Origin: an uncultured Chlamydiae bacterium
GTDB taxonomy: Bacteria; Chlamydiota; Chlamydiia; Chlamydiales; JAJFMB01
Assembly (NCBI GenBank): GCA_963696295.1
Contig: CAVOJR010000001.1
Location: 640,001 to 704,000 of the forward strand
Direction: 5' to 3'
Length of the DNA stretch: 64,000 bases
Position numbers and translations under genes: made by a program. The notes under the pieces are model-generated. The model worked only from the letters and a program-made list of their open reading frames with translations, was not told the origin of the DNA and did not search any database. Below, piece by piece: positions 48,610 to 57,581 of this stretch; position 1 is the stretch's first letter; every line of letters begins with the position of its first letter.

Positions 48610-49989
48610 TTAGGCTTTTGCGAAACCTGAGAGGCCCATTTTGTCGGCCTGTCTTGCGGCTTCAACAAAGACTCCGAGCAGTTGTTTTACCTGTTCCGGA
48701 TTATCTTTAGCCTTAGCGATGGCATTCTTTTGGAAAGCAGGATTGAGCAGAGTCATAACGACATACTCTGTATGCAAAGCGAAGAGCTTCTCTGTTCCAT
48801 TGAACCAATCGTTAAGGGTTTTGGCGTCAATGGTCAGCCATTTGGCTCTTGAAGCATCATCTCCGGCTTTTAATTTTTCCCACTTAGGAGCTTGCTCCTT
48901 ATCCAGGACAAGGGCATTCACGCTTGTCTCCATCCAGCCATGGCGCGTATTGCGAAAATCCGCGGCATTAGGACCGTGCCAGATGAAATTCCAATTATTA
49001 TCATCATTGAGATACTTTAAGCGATCCCCTTTGGCATCCTCGGCTGCTTCCTCAATAAACTCTCTTTTTGCAGCGCCCAGGTTTTTCTCGCCATGATCGC
49101 GCATACCGCCGGTTAAAGCCCACTCATTTTCGTTTTTGCGGTAAACGACAGCGAGCTCCAAAGCGCCAGTTTCTGGATTGAAGCGGAACACTTCGGCGTC
49201 GCCGGCATGGTTCGGCCCTAATTTGCCCAGCTGAAGCTGCGGGTTGTCAGGTTTTTGTTTGTCATCAAGCTGAATATCGCGGTAAGGATAAACGGGTAAA
49301 CCGTTTTTTGAAAGTTCGTAGTCGCCGCTGTAGCTGGCTCTATCGTCTGCATTAAATGCAATTTTGCGATGAGGCAGGGGTTGGGCTGCACCTGAGGCAG
49401 AGGAATATTCCCAAGTTTTGCCGCCGTCAACGGAATACTTGGTTTTTTCAACAGTCTTATCACCCTCTTTTACTTTTTCTTTCTCTACTTGAACTTTGCT
49501 TCTATCGAGCTCTACAGGACCTTCACCATCCAAATAGCTATCTCCAAACATTCCCAATTTGCCGTGTACGCCGGCATTTGGAGCGGCATGATAAAGCGGC
49601 GCTGTTCCGGAAAAGACTGTATTCGGATCTGTGTCTGCAGCAGGAAGCGCATCTGCCTTTTTGCACGGTAACTTGCGGAAATCAATGCTGGCCGGCTTCT
49701 CGGATAAAATTTTGCTGTTAGTTAATAAGACGTAGACACCTGTAAAAGTATGAATTTTTTTGATTAAGGTAGCAACAGGACCATTTTTACTAAAATTATC
49801 AACAGTAGTGACACGCATTTCAAGATGATTATTTATAGTTTTTGAATGAGTTTCTTTGTAGCAGCCAAAGACTTTGCGAAGAAAACATTCAATAAGATTC
49901 AAGTTTTTATATTCTAATTTTTCACTATCCTTACTTATAGCCACAAATTCATATGACCAAGATGGCATATATTTTGTTATAGATTGCAT
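48610..49989 (-). CDS. Eukaryote-like NUDT9-type ADP-ribose pyrophosphatase with N-terminal extension
   Basis: GPNHAGD, WALTGGMRDHGE..AAKREFIEEA, DFRNTRHGWMET, LKAGDDA, LFALH. Confidence 0.85.
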   Translation of the reverse strand: MQSITKYMPSWSYEFVAISKDSEKLEYKNLNLIECFLRKVFGCYKETHSKTINNHLEMRVTTVDNFSKNGPVATLIKKIHTFTGVYVLLTNSKILSEKPASIDFRKLPCKKADALPAADTDPNTVFSGTAPLYHAAPNAGVHGKLGMFGDSYLDGEGPVELDRSKVQVEKEKVKEGDKTVEKTKYSVDGGKTWEYSSASGAAQPLPHRKIAFNADDRASYSGDYELSKNGLPVYPYRDIQLDDKQKPDNPQLQLGKLGPNHAGDAEVFRFNPETGALELAVVYRKNENEWALTGGMRDHGEKNLGAAKREFIEEAAEDAKGDRLKYLNDDNNWNFIWHGPNAADFRNTRHGWMETSVNALVLDKEQAPKWEKLKAGDDASRAKWLTIDAKTLNDWFNGTEKLFALHTEYVVMTLLNPAFQKNAIAKAKDNPEQVKQLLGVFVEAARQADKMGLSGFAKA

Positions 49990-50028
49990 ACTATTATCTC
50001 CCCTTATAAAGTTAGGTTAAAAGTAACA

Positions 50029-50057
50029 TTTATATCAATTTAATAAATAATTGTCAA
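50029..50057 (-). promoter_or_regulatory. Near-consensus sigma70-type promoter of the NUDT9-like gene
   Basis: TTGACA-N17-TATAAA on the - strand. Confidence 0.7.
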
Positions 50058-50071
50058 TAATAATTATTAAT

Positions 50072-50506
50072 TTAATCTTTTTTCCAAATTTTACCTTCTA
50101 TGATGCTGCGAAATTGGTCTTGCGAGGTATACTCGGCATGCACCCCATACTCCCCGTTATCCTGCAACTTGAACGATTCGAATCCCTCAAGGCCGCTTTC
50201 GCCGCGGAACTCCCAGGCGATCCTCTTCTCATCGATGACGCCTGTCCCTTGCACTTTGCCTATCAAATCATTTTCTAAAGTAATGACAAAACTTTCCCCT
50301 TTGATCTCGGACAAAATAAAGCGGTTAAAAACCTGTTCATTCGCTCCTTGCATTTCTACAACCTGCACGCATTCAATGGTCCCGTTTTTCAGCCCATTGG
50401 CCTGCCATTTAGTATAAAAGTGCAAAACCTCGGGAGAGGTGCTGAACGTCACCCGCCCTTCGCCTATCCAAAAACCTGGTTGAAAGATGAAATGGTGTTT
50501 TTCCAT
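50072..50506 (-). CDS. Hypothetical protein (beta-rich) downstream of rodA
   Basis: 144-aa ORF with AAGGA RBS, co-oriented with rodA. Confidence 0.7.
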   Translation of the reverse strand: MEKHHFIFQPGFWIGEGRVTFSTSPEVLHFYTKWQANGLKNGTIECVQVVEMQGANEQVFNRFILSEIKGESFVITLENDLIGKVQGTGVIDEKRIAWEFRGESGLEGFESFKLQDNGEYGVHAEYTSQDQFRSIIEGKIWKKD

Positions 50507-50520
50507 GTCGCGATTCCTTG

Positions 50521-51666
50521 TTAAAACATAAAGCGGCGGCTATAGATGCTTTGCAAAATGCCGAGCGCACTCATGGTGGACAGAATAGACGAGCCGCCAT
50601 AACTAATCAAGACTAAGGGCACACCGGTGATCGGCAAAATGCCGCTCATCATGCCGACGTTCACTAAAATGTGCATCGCGAGATAGACCGTCACCCCGGC
50701 GGACAGGAGCCTGCCAAAATGATCTTTAGCCACGGCCGTCACCTGAAAGCTGAAGCAGAGCAGGGCGTAAAAGAGCCCGAGAAGCACGGAAAGTCCGATA
50801 AAGCCAAACTCTTCGGCAAAGGCGGGAAAGACCGAATCGGTGTAAGCGGCGGGCAGCCAGCCCCTTCTCGTAAATTCGCTTTTGCGCCAGCCGGTGCCGG
50901 TCAGGCCGCCGATAGCAATTGCGGTCGAGGCGGCCTTCTGGTGGGGGGTGTTGGGGTCAAGGCGGTCGAACTGATACTCCTTCAACACTTTCGAGGCGTA
51001 AGGGCGGAGGTCCTCGTGGTTCACCACCCCTAAAAAAATGAGCGCGACCACAATCAGCATGGAGGTGCCGATGGCCGACAAAATCTTGATCACAAGCGGA
51101 TGCACCTGTCCAAAATAGAGCATGACTAATGTAATGGGAAAGAGCACGAGAGCCGTGCCAAGATCGGGCTGCTTCAAGATCAAAAGGAAAGGGATGCCGG
51201 CGATCAGGCCGGCGTAAAAAGTGGTCTTCCACTCTTTGGCCATGCTGTGGTGCTTCTCCAAAAACCAGCTCAGGGCAATCACGACAATCAGTTTGGCGTA
51301 TTCCGAAGGTTGAAAACTGATGCGGAGAAAGGGGAGGCGGTACCAGCGGTGCACCCCTTGAATCGGGGCGGTAAAAAAAAGACCGATGAGAAGAAGCAGC
51401 ATCCCCCCATACATCACCCACGTCCACTCCCGCAGCTGGTTATAGTCAAAAGCGGCAAAGAAAAGAAAGACGCCCGTTCCGATCAAAAACCACTGGATCT
51501 GCTGCTGCACCACCGGCGTCAAAAAAGGCTCCTCAACCATTTCAGAGACAGTATCAACGGTATTTGCCGAGATGACAGCCAGACTGATCAGCATCAGGGC
51601 GGCCAATATCGGCAGGACGCGAAAATCGATTCTTTTCAAATATTGAAAATTCCACATATAATCCAA
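50521..51666 (-). CDS. rodA: SEDS family rod shape-determining protein RodA
   Basis: QPSEYAK, KQPDLGT, PAAYTDSVF, GVPLVLISYGGSS. Confidence 0.9.
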   Translation of the reverse strand: MDYMWNFQYLKRIDFRVLPILAALMLISLAVISANTVDTVSEMVEEPFLTPVVQQQIQWFLIGTGVFLFFAAFDYNQLREWTWVMYGGMLLLLIGLFFTAPIQGVHRWYRLPFLRISFQPSEYAKLIVVIALSWFLEKHHSMAKEWKTTFYAGLIAGIPFLLILKQPDLGTALVLFPITLVMLYFGQVHPLVIKILSAIGTSMLIVVALIFLGVVNHEDLRPYASKVLKEYQFDRLDPNTPHQKAASTAIAIGGLTGTGWRKSEFTRRGWLPAAYTDSVFPAFAEEFGFIGLSVLLGLFYALLCFSFQVTAVAKDHFGRLLSAGVTVYLAMHILVNVGMMSGILPITGVPLVLISYGGSSILSTMSALGILQSIYSRRFMF

Positions 51667-51692
51667 TATACTGTGCTAAAAGGAAATTTGCA

Positions 51693-52424
51693 ATGGATGT
51701 CGCCTACTTTCACTTCGACAGCATCGATTCTACAAATAATTGGGCCAAGCAAAATGCCCACCTGTTCCAGCCTGATCAATTGGTTTTGATCACCGCCGAT
51801 GAGCAAACGGCCGGCAGAGGGCGTTTCAAACGCACCTGGGTCTCCCCGGCGCAGCAAAACATCTACGCCACCTTCTGCTTCTTCGTTGATGCCAAGCGAA
51901 AAGATTTGGGAAACATCCCGCAAGTCTTAGCGCTCTCCTGCCTCGAAATGCTCGAGTTTTACCACTTCAATCCCACATTACGCTGGCCAAACGATCTCCT
52001 GCTCGAAGGAAAAAAAGTGGCCGGCATTCTCTGCGAAACGACCATGATTGAAGACCGCCTCTGCTTTATCGCCGGAATCGGCGTCAATGTGAATATGACC
52101 CTGACCTATCTCGAGGAGATCGACCGCCCCGCCACCTCAATGCAGATCGAGCAAGGGCGTCCTTTCAATCACTTGGAGGTGCTGAAGAGGCTGGAGGAGA
52201 CCTTTATGCGCGATCTAAAAACCTTTTTCAAAAAGGGTTTTGAGCCCTTTTTGCCCCTTTTCAGGGAGAAGATGGTTTTGCCGAAAAACAAACTGCTCCA
52301 CTTTCACGACAATCTCACCCTTTGGGAGGGCTACTTTGATTCGATCAATGAGGACGGCTCGCTCAACATCAAACTGCCGGACGGCGAAATCAAGCGCTTC
52401 ATCGCCGGCGAATTTTCGGTGTAA
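51693..52424 (+). CDS. birA: Biotin--protein ligase (no HTH)
   Basis: DSTN, QTAGRGR, WPND, KVAGIL, GIGVNV. Confidence 0.93.
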   Translation: MDVAYFHFDSIDSTNNWAKQNAHLFQPDQLVLITADEQTAGRGRFKRTWVSPAQQNIYATFCFFVDAKRKDLGNIPQVLALSCLEMLEFYHFNPTLRWPNDLLLEGKKVAGILCETTMIEDRLCFIAGIGVNVNMTLTYLEEIDRPATSMQIEQGRPFNHLEVLKRLEETFMRDLKTFFKKGFEPFLPLFREKMVLPKNKLLHFHDNLTLWEGYFDSINEDGSLNIKLPDGEIKRFIAGEFSV

Positions 52425-52560
52425 TCATTCAACCTCCGCTTTGCAAGTTGCCCGCTTGACGCATGCTCCAAATAATTTAAGCACCCTCTAAAAGGTTTTG
52501 GCAAAAGAGAAAATATATTCGTCTTTATAGAAAAATTATACTTTTTAAAGTATGATTTAT

Positions 52561-54069
52561 ATGCAGTCTATAAATTTTTTGCCTTCTTTTAAAGAATTGC
52601 ACACCTCTGCTGAAAAGAAATATCTTTACTCCAATGGAAGTGAAATTTCCATATTTTTTCTGCGCAAAGCGCCTAAAGGCTCATCACTGAGATAATCCGT
52701 AATATTTCGACTATTTTATCTTCAAATTGTCAAAAAAGCGATCTTGATGAAATGACTCTTTCGCTGAGCAAAATTAAGACAAATCACAATATTTACTGTT
52801 TTTTTATCTTCTCTTCTTAATCTTTATCGGGGATTTGGTTTTAAAGATTCATTGGTCTTAATCAACGAAACCTTGGCAAAAGTCAAAGCAGAGACCGACA
52901 AGAAACCAATAGCAGCCGCCCCAAAACCAGCGATTGATTTTGAAGTAAAAGGAAATCTTTTTAATGATAACACTCTATTAAAGAAAGTATTTACAGAAGA
53001 AAATATATCAAAATTACGGTCTTCTTCAAAAACAATATCCCTTGATGGAAAAGAGATAAATATCACCTATCACAACTCAAATTTTCCTGTGTTTGAATTG
53101 GAGACCTTTCCTGACATCATCTTCAAATTTAGTAACGCTAAAACACGGTTTGAAAACGAGCAAAAAGCTAAAAAGATCTGCGAAGAAAATAATTTAAATC
53201 TATTAATTGTGCCTGAGAGTTCTTTAATTCAACTGCCAGGGCATGACATCATTGCTGAAAAAAAATATCCCATAGAGCACGAAAATGAAAAACAAAGATG
53301 GCAATTCGAAAGGAAAGAGTGTCAGACTGAGGAAATAGTCAAACAGTTAACCCTTTTTATTTGTAAGACAAATTTTTCGGATGTCAAGTGGAACAATATT
53401 CCTTTGACAAACCAAAATGGTCTGAAAGTCGCACTCATTGATTTGGAAGATGACTTCGATAGTTTTGAAGCTCTTACCGGTCTTTGGGGAAGGGATTCTA
53501 CGTCTATTGGGTTAATCTACTGCTTTCCAAAATATGCCTCCACCATCTACTCAATCGCCGAACAACATCTTAAAGCAGACCTGACAACCCTTAAAAAATG
53601 GTGCGATACATTACAAAACAGATATGATCAAGAGTTCTCCCGGGAAAATGAGATTGTGCAATTTCATAAAGATCATGGGATTACCCGTGAATCCCTGCCG
53701 ATCCCCTCAAATACACCCTTAAAATTAGATAAGAAATCGTATGAGTGGAACGATCTCAAAGAGTCATTTATTCCAGATTTTATTACAGCTGTTAACAATA
53801 AAATCGCCAAACAAAAGGACGATCCTAATCTGGCACATGCGCGGGAATTGAAATTCACAACTTACCTTTCAGAAAATGAAGATGGTTCTTTTGATGAAGA
53901 TGATTGTTTGATTAGTAGAAACTTTTATCTGATAAAGGATAAAATTCTTCCGCAATTGAAGGAGTTAGGAATTGTTCATTCTATCCTCAACAGAGATGAA
54001 GCTCTAAATTTTAATGCAGATCTCAGACAAAGATTATATTACGATGATGATCTGATCGTCCAATTTTAG
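52561..54069 (+). CDS. Kinase-fold hypothetical protein; 5' part broken by two compensating frameshifts (intact ORF 52852-54069)
   Basis: IIFK, LLIVP, SDVKWNNIP, VALIDLE; upstream ATG 52561 (MQSINF) joins through shifts near 52690 and the T7 run at 52799-52805; AT-rich. Confidence 0.55.
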
Positions 54070-54097
54070 CTACAAATCGGACGTCACGGTCAGATTC
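54070..54097 (-). repeat. Copy of the nifU 3' end
   Basis: 54071-54097 matches 54873-54899 at 26/27 nt; stop TAG instead of TAA. Confidence 0.85.
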
Positions 54098-54112
54098 AAA
54101 ATTAACATTTCT

Positions 54113-54193
54113 CCCTTTGGGAAGAATGCTTTGATTCGATCCATCAAGCTGCGTGAAATCAAGCGCTTCATCGCCGCCGAATTTTCGGTGTGA
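54113..54193 (+). repeat. Degenerate copy of the birA 3' end
   Basis: 54155-54193 matches 52386-52424 at 37/39 nt (stop TGA instead of TAA); 54113-54152 matches 52318-52377 with deletions. Confidence 0.85.
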
Positions 54194-54607
54194 TTAATCT
54201 CTTGGCTTTTTCAAAAAGGGGGCAATTAGGGTTGCAAGACTGCTCCCGACGATTACACCCGCCACGATGGGTTCATGAATGCTAGCACAATAAACACTTC
54301 CAGCGATACCTGAAATTCCTAATACAAAAGCACAGAGCTGACCCATATGGCTCATAATAATGTTATGGTCTACAGTTTTTTTCTCAAGTTGACGGCGATG
54401 ATTTGCTTCAGCCTCTTCAATTTTACGACGGTGATTAGCTTCACCCTCAGCAAGTTCAAAAATCCTATTTGAAGCCCCTGGGAGGGTTCTTTCATATTTT
54501 TCGAAGGCCTCCGGAGGGGGAAGAGGTCCCGAATAAAGGGATGATGCTGTAGCAATTTGAATAGGTATCCCGTTTTTTTCGGGTGATTTAGTCTGTGTAG
54601 TTGTCAT
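54194..54607 (-). CDS. DUF2335-family membrane protein
   Basis: YSGPLPPPEAFEKYE..LPGASNRIFELAE.EANHRR plus two C-terminal TM helices. Confidence 0.8.
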   Translation of the reverse strand: MTTTQTKSPEKNGIPIQIATASSLYSGPLPPPEAFEKYERTLPGASNRIFELAEGEANHRRKIEEAEANHRRQLEKKTVDHNIIMSHMGQLCAFVLGISGIAGSVYCASIHEPIVAGVIVGSSLATLIAPFLKKPRD

Positions 54608-54794
54608 ATTTCCTTATGGATTTTTCCAAATCCTTTCCTATTTTATGCCAATCTTTACCCAAAGCATTATAATCAATTTCCATAGAATTATTAAATGATT
54701 CAATTTTTGGGATAAAGTCAATTTCAGGTCTTAAATTTAATGATGAATATCCCTTTAAAAAACTATCCAGAATATTTTTGCTTACTAATGACAT
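54588..54794 (-). CDS. Small protein upstream of DUF2335
   Basis: Ends DYNALGKDWHKIGKDLEKSI; overlaps the DUF2335 start. Confidence 0.55.
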   Translation of the reverse strand: MSLVSKNILDSFLKGYSSLNLRPEIDFIPKIESFNNSMEIDYNALGKDWHKIGKDLEKSIRKYDNYTD

Positions 54795-54871
54795 AATGGA
54801 CCCCTTTTTCACTCATACTAGCTTTTCAGAGCAAAATGGTCAATTAAAGATATTTATTGAATTGATTCCTT

Positions 54872-55645
54872 TTACAAATCGGGCGTCACGGTCAGATTCG
54901 GATGCACCTGGGAGCGCAGCACCTGCTGTATGTAGGAAAGGGTCGTCCCGACCGAGGAGAAGCAGGAGGTGCAGTTCCCCTGATAGGTGATGATCACCTC
55001 GTAAGGCGTTTTGATCTCCTTGATGTCCACGCCGCCGCCATCGAGTGCGATATAGGGGCGGATATCCCGGTCGAGGATCTCCTCTAATATGCCCCGGCGC
55101 TCAGGCGTTGAGAGCCCTTCCCAGCCGGGATAGCCGCCGGTCGCCGCCTGCCGCATGTCGTAAGGGACGGGTGGGGCGAGATAGGTCTCGGGAATGGGGA
55201 TGTCTTCGCATTGGCTGCACGCCTCCTCCAGAGCCTCGATCACGAGGTTCAGGTGGCCGTAAGTCTCTTTGGGGAAGGCGGGCTCGGCGGGATGGTCGCG
55301 CAGCTGCTTGTCGAGCAGATCGGCGCTGATCCGCTTAGCCTGGAGGTAGTTCTTGCCGACGCAAAATTCGCAGGCGGCTTCGGCCGCGCCGATCAGGGCC
55401 GACTGCCCATAGACCTGAAACTTGGCATCCACAATAACCCCATCCTCGGGATCGACAAACCAATAGAAGCAGACGGCGTTGCCATCCTCAACCGATCCGC
55501 TCTTCCCTTCCACATAGCGCACGGAGCGCTCTTTGGCGTTCTCCTCAGTGAAAAAGCCGCTGTTTTTGGGCTTTAAGATTTTCTCTTTCAGCTTTTTGCT
55601 ATAACGCGTCCAGGGAAATGGGGTCAGAAGGTCTTTAAAACTCAT
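54872..55645 (-). CDS. nifU: NifU-like protein (IscU-like N domain without Cys, C-terminal Nfu domain)
   Basis: IRPYIALDGGGV, YQGNCTSC; N domain has DAKFQVYG. Confidence 0.85.
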   Translation of the reverse strand: MSFKDLLTPFPWTRYSKKLKEKILKPKNSGFFTEENAKERSVRYVEGKSGSVEDGNAVCFYWFVDPEDGVIVDAKFQVYGQSALIGAAEAACEFCVGKNYLQAKRISADLLDKQLRDHPAEPAFPKETYGHLNLVIEALEEACSQCEDIPIPETYLAPPVPYDMRQAATGGYPGWEGLSTPERRGILEEILDRDIRPYIALDGGGVDIKEIKTPYEVIITYQGNCTSCFSSVGTTLSYIQQVLRSQVHPNLTVTPDL

Positions 55646-56808
55646 GCGGGCCTCTCCAGCAGGTGTGCGGATGTTTTAGCCAGTTTCCGGGCGGCGTCGA
55701 TGGTGATCTCGGCCGCTTTGTCGATCTCGTCTTCGTTCGTCTCGCGCGAGAGGCAAAAGCTGATCGCCGTCTGCGCCAAAGTCTCGGGAACGCCCGACGC
55801 CTGTAAAATGAGGGAGAGCTTCTGGCTCACTCCCCCGCCGATGCTCGCATACACGCCGTTTTGATTGAGCATGTAGAGCAGCGCTTCATTCACCACTCCC
55901 GGGAAACCGATCGCTGTGATATGGGGGAGGCGGTTCGATTCCTTGAAGAAAACAGTCGCTTGGGGAAATCCCTCTTTGATCTTTTTCTCCAGCCGGTCTC
56001 TGAGGCGGGCGGTCTCCGTGCAGATGAGGTCGCGGCACTCGAGAAGCTCCTGCGCCGCTACGCCCAGGGCGGCGAGCGAGGCGACATCGAGATGCCCGGC
56101 GCGCATCGAAGCCTGGTCGAGGCCGCCGACGATAAAGGGAGAGTGTTTCACCCCTTTCCTGATCAGAAGACCGCCCGTGCCTTTCGGCGCATGCAGGTGA
56201 TCGCCATTGAAAGTGACGAAATCGGCAGTCACTTCATCAAATAATTTGCCGAGCGTATGGGTCGCATCGAGGTGCAAAAGCACCCCCCGTTCCTGACAGG
56301 CCTCGGCTATGTCGGCGACGGGATTGATCACCCCGGTCAAGCCGTTGGCATAGGAGAGGGAAACCAGGGCCGTTTTTGGGGTGAGCGCTCCGGTCAGGGC
56401 CTTTTCTGTGAGAAAGCCGCCCGGCCCGGCCTCGGCCATTTTGCCGACGCACCCTAGCTGCTCCAGCCGGCTGATCGACATCATGGCCGGCGCCTCGTCG
56501 ATCGTCGAAGTGACAAACTGATTTTTCCCGGTAGTGCGCGCCACTTCGAGGTAAGTGGAGAGGAGGACGTGGTTGACCGCTTCCGGACCCGATGAGGTGA
56601 AGACAAAATGGTCCTCCTCATTCGCTCCTAAAAGCGCGTAGATCTCCCGATAGCTCTCCTCCATGATTGAGAAAAGCTCCTGCCCCTTCTGATGGGGAGC
56701 GGTGGGAACGCCCCAATAATCGGTCAGGTAGGGAAGCATCTTGGCTATCGCCCGCTCGGAGGGGCGCGTGGTCGTGCCGTTATCGAGATAAATCTTTTTC
56801 TTTTTCAC
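55642..56808 (-). CDS. NifS/IscS-like class V aminotransferase-fold protein lacking catalytic residues
   Basis: IYLDNGTTT, FTSSG, HLDATH, HAPKG; NGDH replaces SxHK and ASIGGG replaces SxGSAC; GTG start inferred. Confidence 0.85.
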   Translation of the reverse strand: MKKKKIYLDNGTTTRPSERAIAKMLPYLTDYWGVPTAPHQKGQELFSIMEESYREIYALLGANEEDHFVFTSSGPEAVNHVLLSTYLEVARTTGKNQFVTSTIDEAPAMMSISRLEQLGCVGKMAEAGPGGFLTEKALTGALTPKTALVSLSYANGLTGVINPVADIAEACQERGVLLHLDATHTLGKLFDEVTADFVTFNGDHLHAPKGTGGLLIRKGVKHSPFIVGGLDQASMRAGHLDVASLAALGVAAQELLECRDLICTETARLRDRLEKKIKEGFPQATVFFKESNRLPHITAIGFPGVVNEALLYMLNQNGVYASIGGGVSQKLSLILQASGVPETLAQTAISFCLSRETNEDEIDKAAEITIDAARKLAKTSAHLLERPA

Positions 56809-57469
56809 GTATGAATTTTCCGTCGACATAATCGTAAATAATCGGCACCCCGGTAGGGATTTCGAGATGCAGCACTTCCTCTTCGCTTAAATGATCCAGG
56901 TCCATAATAATCGAACGCAAAGAGTTACCATGCGCCGAGACTAAAACAGTATACCCTTCTTGCAACATTGGGACAATCTTTTCTTCAAAGTAGGGAATGG
57001 ACCGTTCGGCGGTCATCTTAAGGCTCTCTCCATGCGGCGGCGGGGTGTCGTAGCTGCGGCGCCACAATTTCACCTGTTCGGCTCCGAATTTCTCTGCGGT
57101 TTCCGCTTTGTTGAGCCCCTGCAACTCCCCGTACATCCGCTCATTGAGCTCCCAGCAGCGGATCACCGGAATAGTCTTGGCTGACGCGCTGTAAATCCGG
57201 CCCCACTCCTCCAGCTTGCCCTCCCCGTCGTGCAATACGACCGGCACTTTGCCCGAGCTATGCCCGATCATGGCGAGCATCGCGGTCATTTGCGCGCGAA
57301 TGAGTGTCGTGGCGACGATAATATCTATAGGAATATTTTTGATCCGTTTGCCGGCTTCGAACGCCTCTTCCACCCCTTTTTCCGACAAAGGTATGTCTAC
57401 CCAGCCGGTGAAAAGATTCTGTTTGTTCCATTCCGACTGCCCGTGGCGCAATAAAATCAATTTATTCAT
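56780..57469 (-). CDS. gpmA: 2,3-BPG-dependent phosphoglycerate mutase
   Basis: LRHGQSEWN, LNERMYG, WRRSY, AHGNSLR. Confidence 0.95.
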   Translation of the reverse strand: MNKLILLRHGQSEWNKQNLFTGWVDIPLSEKGVEEAFEAGKRIKNIPIDIIVATTLIRAQMTAMLAMIGHSSGKVPVVLHDGEGKLEEWGRIYSASAKTIPVIRCWELNERMYGELQGLNKAETAEKFGAEQVKLWRRSYDTPPPHGESLKMTAERSIPYFEEKIVPMLQEGYTVLVSAHGNSLRSIIMDLDHLSEEEVLHLEIPTGVPIIYDYVDGKFIREKEKDLSR

Positions 57470-57581
57470 ATAGATCCTATTTTGAGCGAAGTATAACCCT
57501 TCATTAAGATTTTATAAAGAAAAAAACTGTTTGTTTTTATCTTCAAAACGATTATTATAGACTTCCTTCAGGAGGATTCTT

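Noticed and set aside
52486..52682. Possible inverted repeat or IS ends after birA
   Set aside because: Match is poor and the right half is better explained as the 5' end of the kinase-like gene.
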